Virus record (IMG/VR): IMGVR_UViG_3300019287_000008 | From: an uncultured virus (IMG/VR IMGVR_UViG_3300019287_000008) | Taxonomy: Duplodnaviria > Heunggongvirae > Uroviricota > Caudoviricetes | Length of the DNA stretch: 20,000 bases | Strand: one strand, 5' to 3' | Shown: one piece after another, positions 16,808-20,000 of the stretch | How the letters are laid out: the number at the start of each line of letters is the position of its first letter | How positions within the stretch are numbered: position 1 is the first letter of the stretch | The notes under the pieces: generated by a model | The model's database searches: none | Seen by the model: the letters and a program-made list of their open reading frames with translations, nothing else | What the model was told of the DNA's origin: nothing | Made by a program: the position numbers and the translations under genes

Positions 16808-17080
16808 TTACTTCGATAAGTAGTCCTGTTGTGTCCGTTGGAGCAGTCGCAGGTCTGCCGTGCGGTATTCCATTTTACCCGGACGCTTGCAGGGAGTGAC
16901 TTTACCCTGCCTGCGCCACCGCTCCACGTTTGCCCTGCCAAAAATCGCAAAAGCCTTGTTTTGGCTGATGTATTCGGGGTCGTCCTTGAATTGTTGAAGC
17001 AATACGGCAACCTCGGCGGCTACATCTTTCACGAATACGCCATAGGGTACGCTCTTGTCGGCGAACTGGAGAAACATCAT
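16808..17080 (-). CDS. Excisionase-like HTH DNA-binding protein (90 aa)
   Basis: Start reassigned to MMFLQF (17080). YISQNKAFAIFGRANVERWRRQGKV...GKMEYRTADL is an Xis/MerR-type HTH. Confidence 0.7.
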   Translation of the reverse strand: MMFLQFADKSVPYGVFVKDVAAEVAVLLQQFKDDPEYISQNKAFAIFGRANVERWRRQGKVTPCKRPGKMEYRTADLRLLQRTQQDYLSK

Positions 17081-17295
17081 TTGACAGCACGCTGTTTGTA
17101 TTCTCGCAGCTCTGCCATTGAAGCCTTGAACAGCAGGCGGTATCCGCTGACGTAGCCTATCATGCCGAAGCCGAGGGCGCAGAATATCTGATTGGCGACA
17201 AGGCAACGAATGCCGTAACTTACTCCGAAGAGTATCACGAGGACTGAAAATGCGACCTGCGCGATGAGGTATATCTTTTCTATCTTGTGTAGCAT
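17077..17295 (-). CDS. Small two-TM membrane protein
   Basis: Two hydrophobic segments; ATGA-coupled to the next gene. Confidence 0.7.
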   Translation of the reverse strand: MLHKIEKIYLIAQVAFSVLVILFGVSYGIRCLVANQIFCALGFGMIGYVSGYRLLFKASMAELREYKQRAVK

Positions 17296-17306
17296 GGCGG
17301 TGGGAT

Positions 17307-17549
17307 TTAATAGGGTTCAACTCCTGCCTCAATGAGTGCAGCTTCTTCATCCACAGAGCCGCACCAAGTATCGAGGTACTCGTTGACGGCTGAATAGGTG
17401 TTGTCGGCGCGGTCGTATCCGCGTGCATCGCAGAAAGCATTCCACGATATTTCGCCACGGAGATTATCAAGAGCGACATTGTTGGAAGTGCAACCGGTCT
17501 GGGTCTGCAAGGCGGTTGCGAGTGCGAGAGTTATGATGTACTTTTTCAT
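17307..17549 (-). CDS. Small exported or lipoprotein-like protein
   Basis: MKKYIITLALATALQTQTG-C signal-like N-terminus; acidic C-terminus. Confidence 0.65.
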   Translation of the reverse strand: MKKYIITLALATALQTQTGCTSNNVALDNLRGEISWNAFCDARGYDRADNTYSAVNEYLDTWCGSVDEEAALIEAGVEPY

Positions 17550-17556
17550 TCTATTG

Positions 17557-17703
17557 TTATTTGTTGATGATGATTAAATCGGGGTGATATTTGAGGAGGT
17601 ACTGGGTAAAGCGATATAGGCGATTGACCCAGTCGCCACGGGTGTCAATCAGATTGACAATGCGCTGTGCCTGCGCTCTCTTCTGCTCAGTGGTCTTCAT
17701 CAT
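17557..17703 (-). CDS. Small hypothetical protein (48 aa), not in the ORF track
   Basis: MMKTTEQKRAQAQRIVNLIDTRGDWVNRLYRFTQYLLKYHPDLIIINK*; ATGA-coupled to 17700..17900. Confidence 0.6.
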   Translation of the reverse strand: MMKTTEQKRAQAQRIVNLIDTRGDWVNRLYRFTQYLLKYHPDLIIINK

Positions 17704-17900
17704 TTTGCGTCTTTGTAGTTCTCCACATAGAGTTCGATTGTCTTGCTATCGGGGTCGAATAACCCTGCGCAGACCACAAATTCGGGAAGAGTGTGCCGAG
17801 CTGCGGTTATTACCTGTTTGGCGTTGTCGATGCTGACAACTGCCTCGCCCTCGTTGAAGAGGGAGCAAATCGCATAGAAGATTTCGTGATTGTTTGCCAT
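17700..17900 (-). CDS. Small hypothetical phage protein
   Basis: Intact ORF within the coupled early operon. Confidence 0.65.
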   Translation of the reverse strand: MANNHEIFYAICSLFNEGEAVVSIDNAKQVITAARHTLPEFVVCAGLFDPDSKTIELYVENYKDAK

Positions 17901-17903
17901 AGG

Positions 17904-18071
17904 TCAATAGGTGTTTAGGTACTCCATGTGTGAGCAGACGGCATATTGCCCTGCGTGACGTGTGCCTTTCGGCATTTTGAAAATCTCATCGCAACACGAT
18001 ACGTTGTTGCGCTTGCGGTCGCAAAGAGCCTGCTTTGCTTCTGCTTTTGACTTGAAATACTTTCGTGCCAT
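17904..18071 (-). CDS. Small hypothetical protein (55 aa), not in the ORF track
   Basis: MARKYFKSKAEAKQALCDRKRNNVSCCDEIFKMPKGTRHAGQYAVCSHMEYLNTY*; fills the gap between cro and 17900. Confidence 0.65.
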   Translation of the reverse strand: MARKYFKSKAEAKQALCDRKRNNVSCCDEIFKMPKGTRHAGQYAVCSHMEYLNTY

Positions 18072-18081
18072 AGTCAATTAT

Positions 18082-18276
18082 TTATTTCAGTCGGGTTATA
18101 GTCTGCACTCCTGCGCGGGTTGAGGTCTGAAACAGGTAGCCCTGCTCTTTGAGTTCTACACACGTCTTTGTGACGGTCTTGGGCTGATAGCCGTCGGGGG
18201 CTACACATGTTTCGCCGACTGTCATCCCTTTTAAAGCATCGGCGAGTGAGGCTGTTTTGAGTTTTTTTATTTCCAT
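18082..18276 (-). CDS. Cro-like small DNA-binding regulator (64 aa)
   Basis: First gene of the leftward operon, divergent from the repressor. Start MEIKKLK (18276); LADALKGMTVGET...ITRLK. Confidence 0.65.
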   Translation of the reverse strand: MEIKKLKTASLADALKGMTVGETCVAPDGYQPKTVTKTCVELKEQGYLFQTSTRAGVQTITRLK

Positions 18277-18303
18277 TTCTGAGGTTATTTGGCTACTTTT
18301 TAG

Positions 18304-18323
18304 TAACTTTGAGTGCAAAGATA
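18304..18323. promoter_or_regulatory. Face-to-face -7 promoter elements: TAACTTTG (+, 18304..18311) and TATCTTTG (-, 18323..18316)
   Basis: Both match the Bacteroidetes TAnnTTTG consensus and lie in the AT-rich cro/cI intergenic region. Confidence 0.65.
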
Positions 18324-18377
18324 ATCATAATTATGTTTCCAACATCATAATGATGTGTTATTTAACTATCTTTAACT
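18324..18377. promoter_or_regulatory. Candidate operator sites
   Basis: Palindromes CATAATTATG (18326..18335) and ACATCAT-A-ATGATGT (18342..18356); TTTAACT repeated at 18361 and 18371. Confidence 0.55.
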
Positions 18378-18411
18378 CTGTTTGATGTTGATTGTTAATA
18401 TAAGTAAATAA

Positions 18412-18804
18412 ATGAAGCCAATACCCGACATCCACATCGGCGAAGAGATAAAAAGCCGATTTGATAAGTCCGGCCTAACTCAAAAGGAGTTTGGGTCAAG
18501 AATTGGAATGCCACAGCAGAACGTGAGCAGAGTGTTCAATGGAGAGAGCATAGACACCAAGAGGCTTGTTGCTGTAAGTCGGGCATTAAACTTTAATTTC
18601 TTTGAACTCTACGCAAGCATAGACTATCACGAGGTGCATACCGAGGGTGACTATTCGCCTGCATCGGATAGTGGGGATATTTCCGTCCTTGTAGGTGATG
18701 CTGTTCTCGCAGAGCGTGTCAGACTACTTGAAAAGATTATTGCAGAAAAAGAAGAGCGCATCTCTGACCTTAAAGAGCGCATCTCTGACCTTAGAGCGAA
18801 ATGA
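18412..18804 (+). CDS. XRE-family HTH repressor (CI-like) with C-terminal coiled coil
   Basis: HIGEEIK...LTQKEFGSRIGMPQQNVSRVFN.ESIDT..L..VS.AL.FNFF; no S24 peptidase domain. Confidence 0.88.
   Translation: MKPIPDIHIGEEIKSRFDKSGLTQKEFGSRIGMPQQNVSRVFNGESIDTKRLVAVSRALNFNFFELYASIDYHEVHTEGDYSPASDSGDISVLVGDAVLAERVRLLEKIIAEKEERISDLKERISDLRAK
18752..18793 (+). repeat. Perfect 21-nt tandem duplication AAGAGCGCATCTCTGACCTTA x2
   Basis: Read directly; encodes ERISDLK/ERISDLR. Confidence 0.95.
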
Positions 18805-19193
18805 AACGTTTGCTCTTCCTCTTAGTGACATTTACTGCATTGCTTCCAGTGCATGCGGAGAAACCTGCGTGGGTATGTGCAATCGAGTGGTCGGAGGAGA
18901 AGCCCGAATGGGTGTTTGTGTATGAGGATGTCAAGCTGCAGGCTGATGGGTGTTATAGAATATTCATCAAGTGGGAGTTTACCGATGACCCCGAAAAGTC
19001 GATGGCAAAACAAACTTGGCTTATCTCGCCCGACTTCGACATGGTGAAAGTCGTTAAGTCGGTCGGCTATGGCAAAGATGGGAAGGTTGCATATTCGGAC
19101 GATGAGCCTTATGGCGATTGGTCGTATGTACTTCCCGAAACATTTGCGGAGGGTGTGGTTAATACTACAAAGGAAATTCTGCTGACACGATGA
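18801..19193 (+). CDS. Exported protein with signal peptide (130 aa)
   Basis: MKRLLFLLVTFTALLPVHA signal peptide; ATGA-coupled to the repressor. Confidence 0.75.
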   Translation: MKRLLFLLVTFTALLPVHAEKPAWVCAIEWSEEKPEWVFVYEDVKLQADGCYRIFIKWEFTDDPEKSMAKQTWLISPDFDMVKVVKSVGYGKDGKVAYSDDEPYGDWSYVLPETFAEGVVNTTKEILLTR

Positions 19194-19444
19194 AAACCTT
19201 GTTTCAGTTCATTGCCCATCTCGTATGGTTGGCCGTGTTGAGCCTGCTAATCTCAACGGCATTCGGAGGTGTGCGGTATCTGCTCTACCTTATGTCGTGG
19301 GTGGATAAGCCGACATGGCTAAACGTGCTTGGCACTGCCACTCTGTTATGGCTGATAATGGTTCTCCGTGGACTTTATTCAGTTGCGAAGTATCTAATCA
19401 CGGATAAACAAACTCATGGGACATGGATATGGAAGAGAAAATAG
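19190..19444 (+). CDS. Two-TM membrane protein
   Basis: Two long hydrophobic segments; ATGA-coupled. Confidence 0.7.
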   Translation: MKTLFQFIAHLVWLAVLSLLISTAFGGVRYLLYLMSWVDKPTWLNVLGTATLLWLIMVLRGLYSVAKYLITDKQTHGTWIWKRK

Positions 19445-19803
19445 ATGACATGTATTGGCCTGACGATGATGAGCCGGACTTCTATGGTGAACTGAAAGAG
19501 TGTGCATGGAACATCCTGCATGAGAATCCCGGCATTGACATGGACGAATGGATTGATTTGCTCATGCGCCAATATCCTGCCGAGATTGTAGATGCTATCG
19601 GCTCTCATCCTGCGGAAGCATACGCCTCTCTTTCCGAGATGTGGAATGACGAATATACCGACAGCGATACTGGAGAATGCAACACCTTCCGAGGTTGGGC
19701 AAAGAGATTTTCTTCGTATGGGGCGATAGACCGCTACGACAAGGCCGCTGAACAAGAAGCCATTTTAAGGTATTTGCAGGCGCAACATTACAAAAAACAA
19801 TAA
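19423..19803 (+). CDS. Acidic hypothetical protein (126 aa)
   Basis: Intact D/E- and W-rich ORF overlapping the previous gene. Confidence 0.7.
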   Translation: MDMEEKIDDMYWPDDDEPDFYGELKECAWNILHENPGIDMDEWIDLLMRQYPAEIVDAIGSHPAEAYASLSEMWNDEYTDSDTGECNTFRGWAKRFSSYGAIDRYDKAAEQEAILRYLQAQHYKKQ

Positions 19804-20000
19804 AACCCTCAACCGAGGCTGTAAAGTCCGGCAGAGGGGCATTTCTGAAAGAAATAGAGGGTTTCCGCCCTCTCTGTTAGACCGTCAAAAACAATGAATC
19901 AAAAATGAATGATTAGCCAAAATGTAAGGAAACTTACAAGGCCGCTCTAAATATCCGATATTACGTGCTTTTCGAGCGCGGCGCAGGCTGCCATCGAAGA

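Larger units (their letters stand above)
1..20000. mobile_element. Temperate Bacteroidales phage/prophage segment (end of structural operon, replication/recombination/modification module, lysis-lysogeny switch)
   Basis: Divergent XRE repressor/Cro pair, RecT plus exonuclease, initiator plus ATPase, HU, MTase, many short ATGA-coupled genes, Bacteroidetes TAnnTTTG promoter motifs. No integrase or att site is visible in the window. Confidence 0.93.

Noticed and set aside
17081..17479. N-terminal extension of the 223-aa ORF
   Set aside because: It overlaps two better-supported ORFs; the ATGA-coupled start at 17080 is preferred.
1841..17836. Numerous + strand ORFs in the track (e.g. 14893..15504, 13874..14416, 5838..6395)
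   Set aside because: They are antisense shadows of well-supported minus-strand genes and have no recognisable motifs.
1..20000. Diversity-generating retroelement or stop-codon reassignment, both known in Bacteroidales phages
   Set aside because: No reverse transcriptase or TR/VR pair was seen, and genes are intact and tightly packed in the standard code.

Overview
This window is part of a temperate Bacteroidales-type (Bacteroides/Prevotella/Muribaculaceae-like) phage or prophage. Left end (+ strand): the end of a structural operon with three tandem paralogous head-tail adaptor/ring-like genes and a terminator. From 18276 down to 1262 (- strand) runs a long, tightly coupled early/middle region: Cro-like regulator, small genes, excisionase-like HTH, a degenerate tRNA-Arg-like element, RecT, coiled-coil protein, PD-(D/E)XK exonuclease, PAPS-reductase-family protein, SNF2 helicase, HU, DUF4494, DUF1064 nuclease, DUF6291 initiator with a DnaC/IstB-like ATPase, accessory genes, a radical SAM enzyme and a C5 cytosine methyltransferase. 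It ends with an AbrB-like gene and an 893-aa tail-stabilisation-like gene that have their own candidate promoter. Right end (+ strand): an XRE repressor and three co-oriented accessory genes. The most notable signals are a candidate clamp-coupled DNA-modification set (MTase ending in QLSLF, radical SAM, PAPS reductase), a tRNA-like RNA with an altered anticodon loop, face-to-face switch promoters, a 22-nt exact repeat at two paralog 3' ends, and a YopX deletion-scar mini-ORF. All family calls come from motif recognition by eye, not from database searches.
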